Shown: in pieces, positions 1 through 8,779 of the stretch
How the letters are laid out: each line of letters starts with the position of its first letter
Position numbering within the stretch: the first letter of the stretch is position 1
Origin: an uncultured Methanosarcinales archaeon
GTDB lineage: Archaea; Nanobdellota; Nanobdellia; Woesearchaeales; ARS49
DNA: 64,000 nt
NCBI GenBank assembly: GCA_964637115.1
Contig: CAZWVL010000004.1
Span: 9,879 to 73,878, forward strand
Direction: 5' to 3'
Notes under the pieces: model-generated
Told to the model about the DNA's origin: nothing
Seen by the model: only the letters and a program-made list of their open reading frames with translations
Database searches by the model: none
Translations under genes and position numbers: made by a program

Positions 1-362
1 CTTGTTTGAGCAGTTTCTTCTGTTTTTCTTGAAGTTCTCTTATTCGTGCACCGGCTTGTTGATAATGCATTTCATATATGCGCTTATAAAACACTTCCAC
101 GCGCGGGTCACCAACGTTTGGCCCGGAAAATGTCTTCGTTTTATATTCGCTTACTCCAAGTTCAACCCGAAAACAAAAAGCAGAAATGCAAAAAATAGGA
201 TCGCAATCACCAAGTCTGGAATCTTTGCTTACCTGAACAGATATGTCTTGATAGGTACCGGTATAAGTAAACTCATTGTTAAAACAATTGTGCCCGTACC
301 TCCATTCTTTCACTTTCTTCCCAAGCTTCAGAAGCTCGTCCAAGGAGAGTTCGTCGGTCATT
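1..362 (-). CDS. MTD-leader family protein, copy C (N-terminal part only; gene runs off the window edge)
   Basis: The reverse complement of 300..362 encodes MTDELSLDELLKLGKKVKEW... in frame. It shares a ~60-nt near-identical 5' segment with the genes at 358..798 and 795..1445. It overlaps the start of the upstream gene by a few nt. Confidence 0.5.
300..362 (-). repeat. conserved ~60-nt 5' cassette of the MTD-leader family (copy C)
   Basis: It matches 737..798 and 1383..1445 at over 90% nucleotide identity while the downstream bodies are unrelated. Confidence 0.6.
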
Positions 363-798
363 TCAGCATTCTCTTGACATACCTAAGTAATTCCTGAGGG
401 CCTTTTTTGAGTAATTTATTTTGCTCTTTGTCAATTTCTCTTTGTTTCATTTCAAATTGTTTGCAATACGCTGTCTCCACACTTTCATAAAATAGATAAA
501 CCTTTTCATCACCTTTGAATTTTTTAGGTACAGCGTGCCGATAACGCTTGCTCTCACCTAATTTGACATGACGACAAGAAGCAGAAATACGGTATACTGT
601 TGTACCCAAGGCACATCCATGAAATGCAGTAATGATTATGCCATTGTATAATCCGGAATATTTAGTATAATTTAAACCCGGATCATCTAAATCGGACAGT
701 TTACCTAAAGATGCATCAACTACATCTGAATTTCTGCTCCATTCTTTCACTTTCTTCCCAAGCTTCAGAAGTTCGTCCAAGGAGAGTTGATCGGTCAT
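358..798 (-). CDS. MTD-leader family protein, copy A (146 aa), function unknown
   Basis: ORF with the N-terminus MTDQLSLDELLKLGKKVKEW, which is conserved at nucleotide level with its neighbours. The C-terminal body is unrelated to the paralogs. It is operon-packed, with 4-nt overlaps. Confidence 0.55.
   Translation of the reverse strand: MTDQLSLDELLKLGKKVKEWSRNSDVVDASLGKLSDLDDPGLNYTKYSGLYNGIIITAFHGCALGTTVYRISASCRHVKLGESKRYRHAVPKKFKGDEKVYLFYESVETAYCKQFEMKQREIDKEQNKLLKKGPQELLRYVKRMLK
737..798 (-). repeat. conserved ~60-nt 5' cassette of the MTD-leader family (copy A)
   Basis: ccattctttcactttcttcccaagcttcagaagttcgtccaaggagagttgatcggtcat. Confidence 0.6.
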
Positions 799-1445
799 TG
801 TGCCAATTCTCTCACCATTTTTAGAGTTGCTCTTCTGTGTTCTTCTGTTTTCTGTATTAGCTTTTCGTTTTCCTTTTTTACAAAATCATAGAATTTTTCT
901 ACTGCACCATTATTGCATCTATGGCCGACAATAGTGACTGTGTCAATTTCAGTCCTAACACTATAATAATCATCTCGATATCCGATTTTAAAGGCAACTC
1001 CTTGCAGAGCTCCCATGAAAATGCCAGTATATTCTCTGTCAGCTCCACGCTTCCATGATTCATACCATTTATCGCATTTTTTTCCAAGATTGATGATGTT
1101 ATCAACACTTGTTTTTGCATCAATTTTGAGAATTTCCCACGCACGTCCGCGTGCTACCATTTCGTGTTTTATTTTTACAGAATGAAAGAAGGCTTCAATT
1201 TCAGTATTGCTCTTGTTTTCTTCATAGGTATCGCGTTCATACTTTCCTAGCTCTGTTTTTTCTAATCTTGCCGAAATTTTATAAACGAAGTGTTCCATCC
1301 AATTTGAAGGTGCTAAATCCGTCCTAAAATCTATTCCTTCGTAATTTCCCTCATAACGAAGGCCTTCACGTATGCGGCTTATCTTCCATTCTTTCACTTT
1401 ATTCCCAAGCTTCAGAAGTTCGTCTAAAGAGAGTTGGTCGGTCAT
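795..1445 (-). CDS. MTD-leader family protein, copy B (216 aa), function unknown
   Basis: It has the same 20-aa N-terminal leader followed by a divergent body. Its start overlaps the stop of the upstream SBP gene (ATGA). Confidence 0.55.
   Translation of the reverse strand: MTDQLSLDELLKLGNKVKEWKISRIREGLRYEGNYEGIDFRTDLAPSNWMEHFVYKISARLEKTELGKYERDTYEENKSNTEIEAFFHSVKIKHEMVARGRAWEILKIDAKTSVDNIINLGKKCDKWYESWKRGADREYTGIFMGALQGVAFKIGYRDDYYSVRTEIDTVTIVGHRCNNGAVEKFYDFVKKENEKLIQKTEEHRRATLKMVRELAQ
1383..1445 (-). repeat. conserved ~60-nt 5' cassette of the MTD-leader family (copy B)
   Basis: ccattctttcactttattcccaagcttcagaagttcgtctaaagagagttggtcggtcat. Confidence 0.6.
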
Positions 1446-2512
1446 CTGTACAACTCTTCGAATTTGCCATTCTTAACCTGCTTCATTACTTGTTCTTTCT
1501 GCGTAATTCTGCCATCATTGTCAAACGTGATAATGTTAGAAACGCCAGCATAGTCCTTGATTGAGTGCAAATACTGGGAAATCTCGTCTGGTGTTGTTTT
1601 TCCATCACGCAAAGCCGTAGCAACGAGCATAACTGCGTCATATGCATACGCTGCAGAAGGCGAAGGTGGCAATCCAAACTTCTCAGTGTATTTCTTTGCA
1701 AATTCTATTTCACCGGGTCCTTTCGCAGGATACGGATAAATTGTTCCTTCAATTGATGGATATGCTTGGAGAAGCACCGGATTATCAGTTCCAGAGCTTG
1801 AGTACAACGGAATCTTGAGTCCGAGCTCTTGTGCTTGTTTGCTGAATGCACCTTGGCTTGGATAGAACGCAAAAGGTGCGTACACCGCATTAACATTCAA
1901 TTCTTTAATTTGTGAAATCACTGTCTTGAAGTCAGTTTCATCTGGATTTGTTGGGAATTCCTTGACAATTGTCAGTCCTTTTGCTTCATTGACAAAGTTA
2001 TCACGCATTGACTGCGACCAGTCATTCAGACTGTAAACGATAGCTACTTTCTTTATGCCGTTTTTCTTCATATATTGTATTTCGGGCATCACTTCTGCCC
2101 GCTCCGTGATCCATACGTCAAAGAAATACGGCGATGGTTGTGGAACAACGCCTGCTGATGGTGATATAATCAGGACTTTTTTCTCGTTTGCAATAGGGCT
2201 TGCTACCTGGCCAAACCAGGTTGGTCCAACAACGACTTTAAGATTATCCACTTCAGCAAGTTTGTTGATTGCTGTAGCCGTACCCTTGAAATCAGTTTTA
2301 CTATCCTCAACAATTAACTCAAGAGGCCTTCCATTTATGCCGTTGTGAGCATTAATGTCATCAGCCGCCAGCAGTGCGCCGTTTTTCTCTCCTTCTCCCC
2401 AGAACGAAGCCGGGCCGGTGAGATGGAATACACCGCCTATTTTGACTGTGTCAGGAGTTGTTTGTATGCAGGCTGCGAGCAATAACAAAATGATAACTGC
2501 AATCTTTTTCAT
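1442..2512 (-). CDS. ABC transporter substrate-binding lipoprotein, LivJ/LivK (PBP type I) family
   Basis: N-terminus MKKIAVIILLLLAAC (signal plus lipobox Cys). It has the PBP1 signature GxxxPLTGPxAxxGE...DDINAxGGINGRP...ED. Confidence 0.85.
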   Translation of the reverse strand: MKKIAVIILLLLAACIQTTPDTVKIGGVFHLTGPASFWGEGEKNGALLAADDINAHNGINGRPLELIVEDSKTDFKGTATAINKLAEVDNLKVVVGPTWFGQVASPIANEKKVLIISPSAGVVPQPSPYFFDVWITERAEVMPEIQYMKKNGIKKVAIVYSLNDWSQSMRDNFVNEAKGLTIVKEFPTNPDETDFKTVISQIKELNVNAVYAPFAFYPSQGAFSKQAQELGLKIPLYSSSGTDNPVLLQAYPSIEGTIYPYPAKGPGEIEFAKKYTEKFGLPPSPSAAYAYDAVMLVATALRDGKTTPDEISQYLHSIKDYAGVSNIITFDNDGRITQKEQVMKQVKNGKFEELYR

Positions 2513-3636
2513 TTCTGCACCATCTCAAACTTGCCATCTTGCACAACTTTCAGCTTGAATCCAGTCTGAACATTGCCTTTTTCATCAAAGCTGAAATTTC
2601 CCATGAAGCCATCATAGTTCTTAACGTTGTTTAGCAGCCAATCATGCACTTTTTCGCCATCATTGCCAACTGCACGTATCGCATCAACCAAAATTCTGAC
2701 AGTGTCATATGTTGCTGCTGTGTGGAACGGCACTGCCGGGTCTTTTCCATAGCGTTCTTTGTACTTTGCAAGGAACGCTTTGAATTCAAGTTTGTCAGCG
2801 TCGTAATTTGGATCGTAGAAATACACGCCTTCAAGTGCATCGCCTGCTATTGTTTTTGAATTCTCATTGGCAACAGTCGTGAATGTGGTAAACATAGGCG
2901 TTTTAAAGCTGAGTTCGCGTGATTGTTTGATGAAGTGTGCTCCTGTTGTGCCTAGCTGGCTTAAAATCAGTATTGCATCTGGTTTTTCTCGTTTTACTTT
3001 CAAGAGTGTTGTTCTGAAGTCTTTTGTGTCTGGAATGAATTCTTCATCCAGAACTATTTCTCCGCCTAATTTTTCAAATTCTTTCTTGAAATGGTCGCGT
3101 ATGTCAATTGTGTACTCTCTTTGTTCCGTAATTATGGCTGCTTTGGTAAAATTAAACTTCTCGATAAAGTCACGCGCTGGCTGTATTCCAGCTTGTACAT
3201 CTGCATTTCCTGTTCTGAAGACGTATTCTCCTGCATTGTCAATATTGCTTCCGCCTGTAACGGGTGTGATATACACAACTTTTGCTTCATTGACGTATGG
3301 CGCAGCTGCCATTGTGTCGTCGCTGCACGTGCCGCCAATGATTACTTTGACATCATCTACTTCAACTAATTTCTTGATTGCTGTAAGGCCCTGATTTTGC
3401 CCGCATTTTGCATCTTCAACAACAAATTCAATATTCAAATCAGACGCGAGTTCTTCTGCTGCAAGTTTCGCACTATCCACAATATTCTGTCCAAGAGAAG
3501 CAAAATCTCCTGAAAGAATTGTTGAGATGCCGATTTTCATTAAGGGTTTTTCTACTGGTTTTGTTTCTGTTTGTATTTCTGGTTGTGCACACGCTGCCAA
3601 TAGTAACAGCATAATAATCGCAAATACTATTTTCAT
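2509..3636 (-). CDS. ABC transporter substrate-binding lipoprotein, LivK family (paralog 2)
   Basis: MKIVFAIIMLLLLAAC lipobox; contains KIGISTILSGDFASLG. The likely start is the internal ATG (ATGA overlap with the upstream stop); the tool ORF extends to 3678. Confidence 0.85.
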   Translation of the reverse strand: MKIVFAIIMLLLLAACAQPEIQTETKPVEKPLMKIGISTILSGDFASLGQNIVDSAKLAAEELASDLNIEFVVEDAKCGQNQGLTAIKKLVEVDDVKVIIGGTCSDDTMAAAPYVNEAKVVYITPVTGGSNIDNAGEYVFRTGNADVQAGIQPARDFIEKFNFTKAAIITEQREYTIDIRDHFKKEFEKLGGEIVLDEEFIPDTKDFRTTLLKVKREKPDAILILSQLGTTGAHFIKQSRELSFKTPMFTTFTTVANENSKTIAGDALEGVYFYDPNYDADKLEFKAFLAKYKERYGKDPAVPFHTAATYDTVRILVDAIRAVGNDGEKVHDWLLNNVKNYDGFMGNFSFDEKGNVQTGFKLKVVQDGKFEMVQK

Positions 3637-4046
3637 TTCCGCCCTTCTGCAATTAAGCATTCTTTTACATTCTTGCACAGTTCGTCAAGCTCCTCTTGAT
3701 TTTGCACAGCCATACTGCAAGTGTATGTGACCTTTACACAATCGGGTTCTCGATCTATCCACATTTCTTGAGAACGAGAAGTATTATGTCCTGCTTTTTC
3801 AAGGAAGATACGGCGGTTTCCAATCAGCAGGCATTCGTTAGCAAGTGCTTCTTCAAAATTTCGCTTGTTGATTACTCGATACATTCCGAGCGTTATGGAT
3901 CGGCGCTCGTCAAAATACAATAACTCAACATTATTATATGGTGTTGAAATTACAAAATGTTCATTAAAGTTATTATGGCGCTTTCCAACATTCTCCCACT
4001 TGCCCCAGAATTTTTCCATGCTTTTTTCAAGGTTGATTTCTGTCAT
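3633..4046 (-). CDS. hypothetical cytoplasmic protein (137 aa), paralog of 4043..4417
   Basis: ORF with no TM segment. It shares MTEI- at the N-terminus, a YxNVxEL core and a C-terminal LC+xxK...AE..RK with its neighbour. Confidence 0.45.
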   Translation of the reverse strand: MTEINLEKSMEKFWGKWENVGKRHNNFNEHFVISTPYNNVELLYFDERRSITLGMYRVINKRNFEEALANECLLIGNRRIFLEKAGHNTSRSQEMWIDREPDCVKVTYTCSMAVQNQEELDELCKNVKECLIAEGRK

Positions 4047-4417
4047 TTTCTTTCCTCCGCCATCACTTTTTTGATGTCTCTGCAGAGTTTTGTTAGGTAA
4101 GTTTGAGAAGAAACTTGAATGTGATACACATTCCTTAACCCACTACGATCATTAAATCCCATCGTATATAAGTTTCTGATATCATATCCACGTTTTCTAA
4201 GAACATTAATACGATCCAATTCCTTACCTAAATCATGTTTTTTAAATAGAACTATAACAGATAGTTCTAATTCTCTGACGTTATCATAGTAACAAATAGT
4301 TGTACGGGCGTTTATGTCATATGCACCAGATCCCTGAATATACCCATGGAAATGTTTCCTAAACACGTCCTTTATAGATTCGTCAAAGCTGATTTCTGTC
4401 ATCCCGTTTTTCTCCAC
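4043..4417 (-). CDS. hypothetical cytoplasmic protein (124 aa), paralog of 3633..4046
   Basis: Tandem paralog, 4-nt overlaps, embedded between SBP genes. Confidence 0.45.
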   Translation of the reverse strand: MEKNGMTEISFDESIKDVFRKHFHGYIQGSGAYDINARTTICYYDNVRELELSVIVLFKKHDLGKELDRINVLRKRGYDIRNLYTMGFNDRSGLRNVYHIQVSSQTYLTKLCRDIKKVMAEERK

Positions 4418-5487
4418 ATGCCGTTCTCAAATTTCGTCAACATGATCTCGCGGTCTATAATCTGATCACCATTATAGCTCACCACACCACTTACTCCGTT
4501 CATGGTCAAGTTGCGCATGTTGTTGGCAACACACAGTGTTTCCGTGCACCCTTCGTATGCTTTTGCCATTGTCATTGCGTCATCATACAATACTGCGCTT
4601 CCTCGCAAGAAATAAGCCTGCTTCTTGTCTTCCAGTTTTTTCTTGAACGAAACAAAAATAGGGTCAGTGCTCGCTTCATCAACTGCAATATCCGCGCCCA
4701 GAGCATCTTTCAGCACTTCTGGATAATCACGGCTGTTCTCAGAGCTTCCGCACCCAAAACTCTGGAAAGGTATTAGGATTTGAGCGGTAATTCCAAGCTC
4801 TTTTATCTGCTTATACGCGTTCGGGCAATCAGGTGCATACATTGCCAAGATGATAGCAGTGCTCCCTGAATTTTTTATCTTTGTGAATTGTGTTCTGAAA
4901 TCAATGCTTCCCTGATCGTACATCTCAGCTGCGGCAAGTTCGCCAATCTGCTCAACACCCTGCTTGCACAGCAGCGTAAACTCGGCATTTGTGCCGAACA
5001 GCGCAATTCGCTTGTTCTTAGCTTGCGTATACAATTTCTTGCACGCTTCAAAGCCGTCAAGCTGGTCTTTGAACACATAAGTTTTATTCGCTGAAAACGA
5101 ATTGACAACATTTACATAAATGAACGGCACTTTTGCATCTTCAGCTAATGGCGCTATAATGCCAGTGGGCATAACTGTGATGGTAAAAAGTGCATCGACG
5201 TTATCCACGTTGATTAGCTTCGCAGTCGCCGGTGCTACTTGCTTTTTATCGCTTGCAAAATCCTCATACAGCACTTCAACAGGCTTTCCGTTTATTCCAC
5301 CCGCGGCATTAATGTCTTCCACTGCTAGGTCTATTCCATATTTTGAAAACTCGCCATAAAACGCATTCGAGCCCGTTAATGGCAAAACTGCGCCGAATTT
5401 GTATGGTTTTATTTCAGCTTTTTCTACTTTAGCGCATGCTGATAGGAACAATAATGCTACAATTGTAAAGACCAAGAATTGTTTCAT
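4399..5487 (-). CDS. ABC transporter substrate-binding lipoprotein, LivK family (paralog 3)
   Basis: MKQFLVFTIVALLFLSAC lipobox; GAVLPLTGSNAFYGE; DINAAGGINGKPVEV. Confidence 0.85.
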   Translation of the reverse strand: MKQFLVFTIVALLFLSACAKVEKAEIKPYKFGAVLPLTGSNAFYGEFSKYGIDLAVEDINAAGGINGKPVEVLYEDFASDKKQVAPATAKLINVDNVDALFTITVMPTGIIAPLAEDAKVPFIYVNVVNSFSANKTYVFKDQLDGFEACKKLYTQAKNKRIALFGTNAEFTLLCKQGVEQIGELAAAEMYDQGSIDFRTQFTKIKNSGSTAIILAMYAPDCPNAYKQIKELGITAQILIPFQSFGCGSSENSRDYPEVLKDALGADIAVDEASTDPIFVSFKKKLEDKKQAYFLRGSAVLYDDAMTMAKAYEGCTETLCVANNMRNLTMNGVSGVVSYNGDQIIDREIMLTKFENGMWRKTG

Positions 5488-5489
5488 CT

Positions 5490-6566
5490 TTACTCTCCAG
5501 CAAACAATGTCTTTTTGCCGTTCTCAATCTTGTAAATCGGCACTGGTCTTGATGCGTCTCCGTTCGTATTAAAGTAAGAAGAACCTTGCAGCCATTGTCT
5601 TACTGTTTCAGTATCTGTCGTTCTTGTTTCTCTATAAGCCTGTGCTAACACCTTGACAGCCATATGAGCAGCGTCAGATGAAATGCCTGGCTCCTTGCCG
5701 TACTTTTCTGTGTACTTCTTTACGAATTCTTCATCGTATGGAAGCATGTCTATATAGTATGAAATCGCAAAATCATCTGTAGTAATCGCATTTCTTGTTA
5801 ATGCTTCACCAAAGTTGCCTTCTGCGTTGAGCAATATGGCATCAAACTGTTGCTCTTTCATTTTTTTTACTATGTGTGCGGTGTCAATCGGGCCAACTGC
5901 GAGAAAAACAACGTCTGGCTTGAGTGATTTTGCTTTGGTTACTTGTGTTGCGAAGTCATTGCCGTCAAATGCTGTGCCGACAAAGTCTGCAGTCAATTCT
6001 CCGCCGTTTTCTTTCATTAATCGTTCAAAATTTTCTTTGTATGAATCTGACCAGGACCCAGGGGCTCTGAAAATTACAGCATGCTTAATTTTTTCCTGTT
6101 TAATCACCAGTCTATACGCTCTGACATGATTTGGAACTGGTGGCCAGGTTCTGAATAAATACTGGCTTAAGCGGGAATTGTCTTTTGTATTTCCGGTTGA
6201 CGGGTTTATTAGTATTAATTTGGCAGCGTCAGCAATCGGAGCCATTGGTTCAAGCGAGTAGTCCCACGTACCGCCTATAATCGCGTCAATTTTGTCAATT
6301 TCCATCAGTTTTGTAAGTGCAGTAACCGCTCTTTTTCCGTCCGTGCCGTCGTCTTCGTAAATAACAACAATTTTCTTGCCATTTATGCCTCCTGCAGCAT
6401 TTATTTCTTCTACGGCAAGGTCCATTCCGTTTCTCGAGCTTTCACCATAGAATGCTGCAACGCCTGTTAAGCTCAAAACTGCGCCTATCTTGATTTGTTC
6501 GCTTTGCTGAGGCGTGCAAGCTGCTAAAAGCAGCAAAGCTGCTAAAAGAACAAAAAATCCTTTCAT
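5490..6566 (-). CDS. ABC transporter substrate-binding lipoprotein, LivK family (paralog 4)
   Basis: MKGFFVLLAALLLLAAC lipobox; IGAVLSLTGVAAFYGE; EINAAGGINGKKIVV. Start trimmed to the internal ATG. Confidence 0.85.
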   Translation of the reverse strand: MKGFFVLLAALLLLAACTPQQSEQIKIGAVLSLTGVAAFYGESSRNGMDLAVEEINAAGGINGKKIVVIYEDDGTDGKRAVTALTKLMEIDKIDAIIGGTWDYSLEPMAPIADAAKLILINPSTGNTKDNSRLSQYLFRTWPPVPNHVRAYRLVIKQEKIKHAVIFRAPGSWSDSYKENFERLMKENGGELTADFVGTAFDGNDFATQVTKAKSLKPDVVFLAVGPIDTAHIVKKMKEQQFDAILLNAEGNFGEALTRNAITTDDFAISYYIDMLPYDEEFVKKYTEKYGKEPGISSDAAHMAVKVLAQAYRETRTTDTETVRQWLQGSSYFNTNGDASRPVPIYKIENGKKTLFAGE

Positions 6567-6567
6567 T

Positions 6568-7650
6568 TTAATCTTCCAGCGGAACAAATCCGCCATTCTT
6601 GACCTGCATCAGTATGAGCGGTCTGTCAACATCGCCTTTTGAATCAAAGCTGAACGTTCCGCTGACTCCATTGTAGTTCTGCGTTGCGTACAGCTGTTGT
6701 TTTATGCAGTCGGTATCATCGTTGCATTGCTCAACGATTTTTGATATCAATTTCAACGCATCATACGCATTGGCTACAAACCACGAGAAGTTCGGATCGT
6801 TGTACACGTTTGCATATTTCTGCTTGAATTCTTGTGCTTGCTGCGTGCCGGGATTAAATCCTGACGTGTAGACTATTCCTTCTCCTGCGCCTTGGGCAGC
6901 AGTTAAGAATGCTTTATCCTCCATTGCTGGTGTTGTCAAGAATGGTCCTGTATATCCCATTTCTCGGGCGATTTTCAGGTTAATCCCTATGTCTTTTGCA
7001 AATCCTGACGTATAGATGACTTCAGGTTTGGAATCGATTACTTTGCTAATCTGGGTGCGTGCATCGCCTGAGTCTTTGTCATATAGCTCTTGTGCGACAA
7101 GTGTTCCTCCTAATTCTTGGTAGCGTGTGGCAAATGGATTCGCATAAGCAAGCGGCCCTTCTGCATTTGCATTTAGCATTGCTGCTTTTTTCCAGCCTTT
7201 TGAAATGGCATATTCAGCCATTGTTTTGCCATGGCCAGTCGCTGTTTCACGGTTTCTGAATGTGTAATCGCCTGCATCGGTAATCTTTCCTGTAACTGCA
7301 GTTGAGCTCAAAATTATGACTTTCTTTTGTTCTGCAAGTGGCGCGACTGCAAGAACTGAGCCTGAAAGGACAGGGCCGATGATTATCTTCACTCCGTCAA
7401 CATCAGTGAGCTTGTTGAACGCAGTAACTGCTACTTTTGTGTCGCTCTGCTCATCTTCGAATATAACGTCGACGTTGCTGACTTCTTTGAGCGCGAGATT
7501 GATTCCTTTGGTAATTCCTTCTCCATAATTTCCTTGCGCGCCGGTTAACGTCAAAATAATGCCGACTTTGACTTTTTCTGTTGGTTGTTCAACTTGTACG
7601 CATGCGCCCAAAAGCAACAATGCTAATATGACAAAGATTATTTTTTTCAT
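6568..7650 (-). CDS. ABC transporter substrate-binding lipoprotein, LivK family (paralog 5, most diverged)
   Basis: MKKIIFVILALLLLGAC lipobox; VGIILTLTGAQGNYGE. Confidence 0.8.
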   Translation of the reverse strand: MKKIIFVILALLLLGACVQVEQPTEKVKVGIILTLTGAQGNYGEGITKGINLALKEVSNVDVIFEDEQSDTKVAVTAFNKLTDVDGVKIIIGPVLSGSVLAVAPLAEQKKVIILSSTAVTGKITDAGDYTFRNRETATGHGKTMAEYAISKGWKKAAMLNANAEGPLAYANPFATRYQELGGTLVAQELYDKDSGDARTQISKVIDSKPEVIYTSGFAKDIGINLKIAREMGYTGPFLTTPAMEDKAFLTAAQGAGEGIVYTSGFNPGTQQAQEFKQKYANVYNDPNFSWFVANAYDALKLISKIVEQCNDDTDCIKQQLYATQNYNGVSGTFSFDSKGDVDRPLILMQVKNGGFVPLED

Positions 7651-7651
7651 T

Positions 7652-8770
7652 TTATACCTCCACGTTTACCCATTTACCTTCGTTGTACTGAACAATACGA
7701 ATGGGACGAGTGGCATAATGATTACCGTCGAATGCCACGTGTCCTGCAACACCAGTGTAATCGGTTTCTGCGAGCTTGTCGCGTACGCATTCCTTGGTTA
7801 TTTCAGTGCACTTGCCTGCCGCAATAGAAATCTCGTGCATATTATCATAGGCGACTGCTGCGTCTACAGGACCGACAAGTTTTTTGCCAATGCGTGTTTC
7901 AATTTTCTGCATAAATTCAGCGAGTTTTGGTGTTGGCTGTGCTGGGTTGGCTGCTTGGTCTGCGGCATAAGCGTCTTTGAGAATGCGGTTTTTGTCCAGG
8001 TCCTTGACTGCCATTGGGTTTGCAGATAATGCAGTGCCGATGGGCAGGTATAATTGTGGAACAAAGTCCAGCTCAAGCATTTGTTTGTAAATCATGTTGC
8101 AGTCTGGGGGCCAGCAGACAAGAACAACAGCATCTGGTTGTATGCTCTTGAACTTGGTGACAGAAGTTCGCGCATCAGGGTCATTGCTGAGCTTCATTTC
8201 ATTTGCAACAATAGTACCGCCCTTTGTGACAAATTCTTTTTTGAGTGTTTCAAGACAGTCTGCGCTGAAGTCAGCGTCATTTCCGAGGAAGGCAAGGCGT
8301 TTGTGGCCGTTTTTCAGTGCCGTTTGTCCTAATTGTTTGCATTCATTTGCAGCATCACGCAAATCGCTAAATATCCAGGTGTTCTTTCTCGCATAGGTTG
8401 GGACACCAGTAAACCCGAACAATGGGACTGCATTTTGTTCCGCTACTGCGCTTGCGCCGCCTGTAACAGGCGTTGTTATCGAATAGATAAAGTCGACGCC
8501 ATCCTGCTGTATTAGTTTTGTAGTCGCAGTAGTGCCTTTTGCAGCATTATCTGCATCTTCTAGAATGGTTTGAATCTGCCTGCCGTTGATGCCGCCTGCT
8601 GCATTGATTTCTTCCTTTGCCATTTCAAGGGCTGAAACGACATATTCGCCAATCCAGGCATTTGGCCCGGTCATGGGCGCCACAATGCCGACTTTGTATG
8701 GCTGTGATTCTGTTTGTACGCACGCTGCCAAAAGCAGCAGCGTCAAAATTATCATTATTGTTTGTTTCAT
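7652..8770 (-). CDS. ABC transporter substrate-binding lipoprotein, LivK family (paralog 6)
   Basis: MKQTIMIILTLLLLAAC lipobox; VGIVAPMTGPNAWIGE; EINAAGGINGRQIQ. Confidence 0.85.
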   Translation of the reverse strand: MKQTIMIILTLLLLAACVQTESQPYKVGIVAPMTGPNAWIGEYVVSALEMAKEEINAAGGINGRQIQTILEDADNAAKGTTATTKLIQQDGVDFIYSITTPVTGGASAVAEQNAVPLFGFTGVPTYARKNTWIFSDLRDAANECKQLGQTALKNGHKRLAFLGNDADFSADCLETLKKEFVTKGGTIVANEMKLSNDPDARTSVTKFKSIQPDAVVLVCWPPDCNMIYKQMLELDFVPQLYLPIGTALSANPMAVKDLDKNRILKDAYAADQAANPAQPTPKLAEFMQKIETRIGKKLVGPVDAAVAYDNMHEISIAAGKCTEITKECVRDKLAETDYTGVAGHVAFDGNHYATRPIRIVQYNEGKWVNVEV

Positions 8771-8779
8771 TTTTCCACC

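Noticed and set aside
2-397. 131-aa + strand ORF
   Set aside because: It lies entirely opposite the well-supported minus-strand MTD-leader gene (copy C) and has no features of its own, so it is a shadow ORF.
899-2558. Assorted 60-100 aa ORFs inside SBP / MTD genes (899..1144, 1486..1701, 1557..1756, 2055..2348, 2355..2558)
   Set aside because: They overlap high-confidence lipoprotein/SBP coding regions on other frames or strands, and they are low-complexity.
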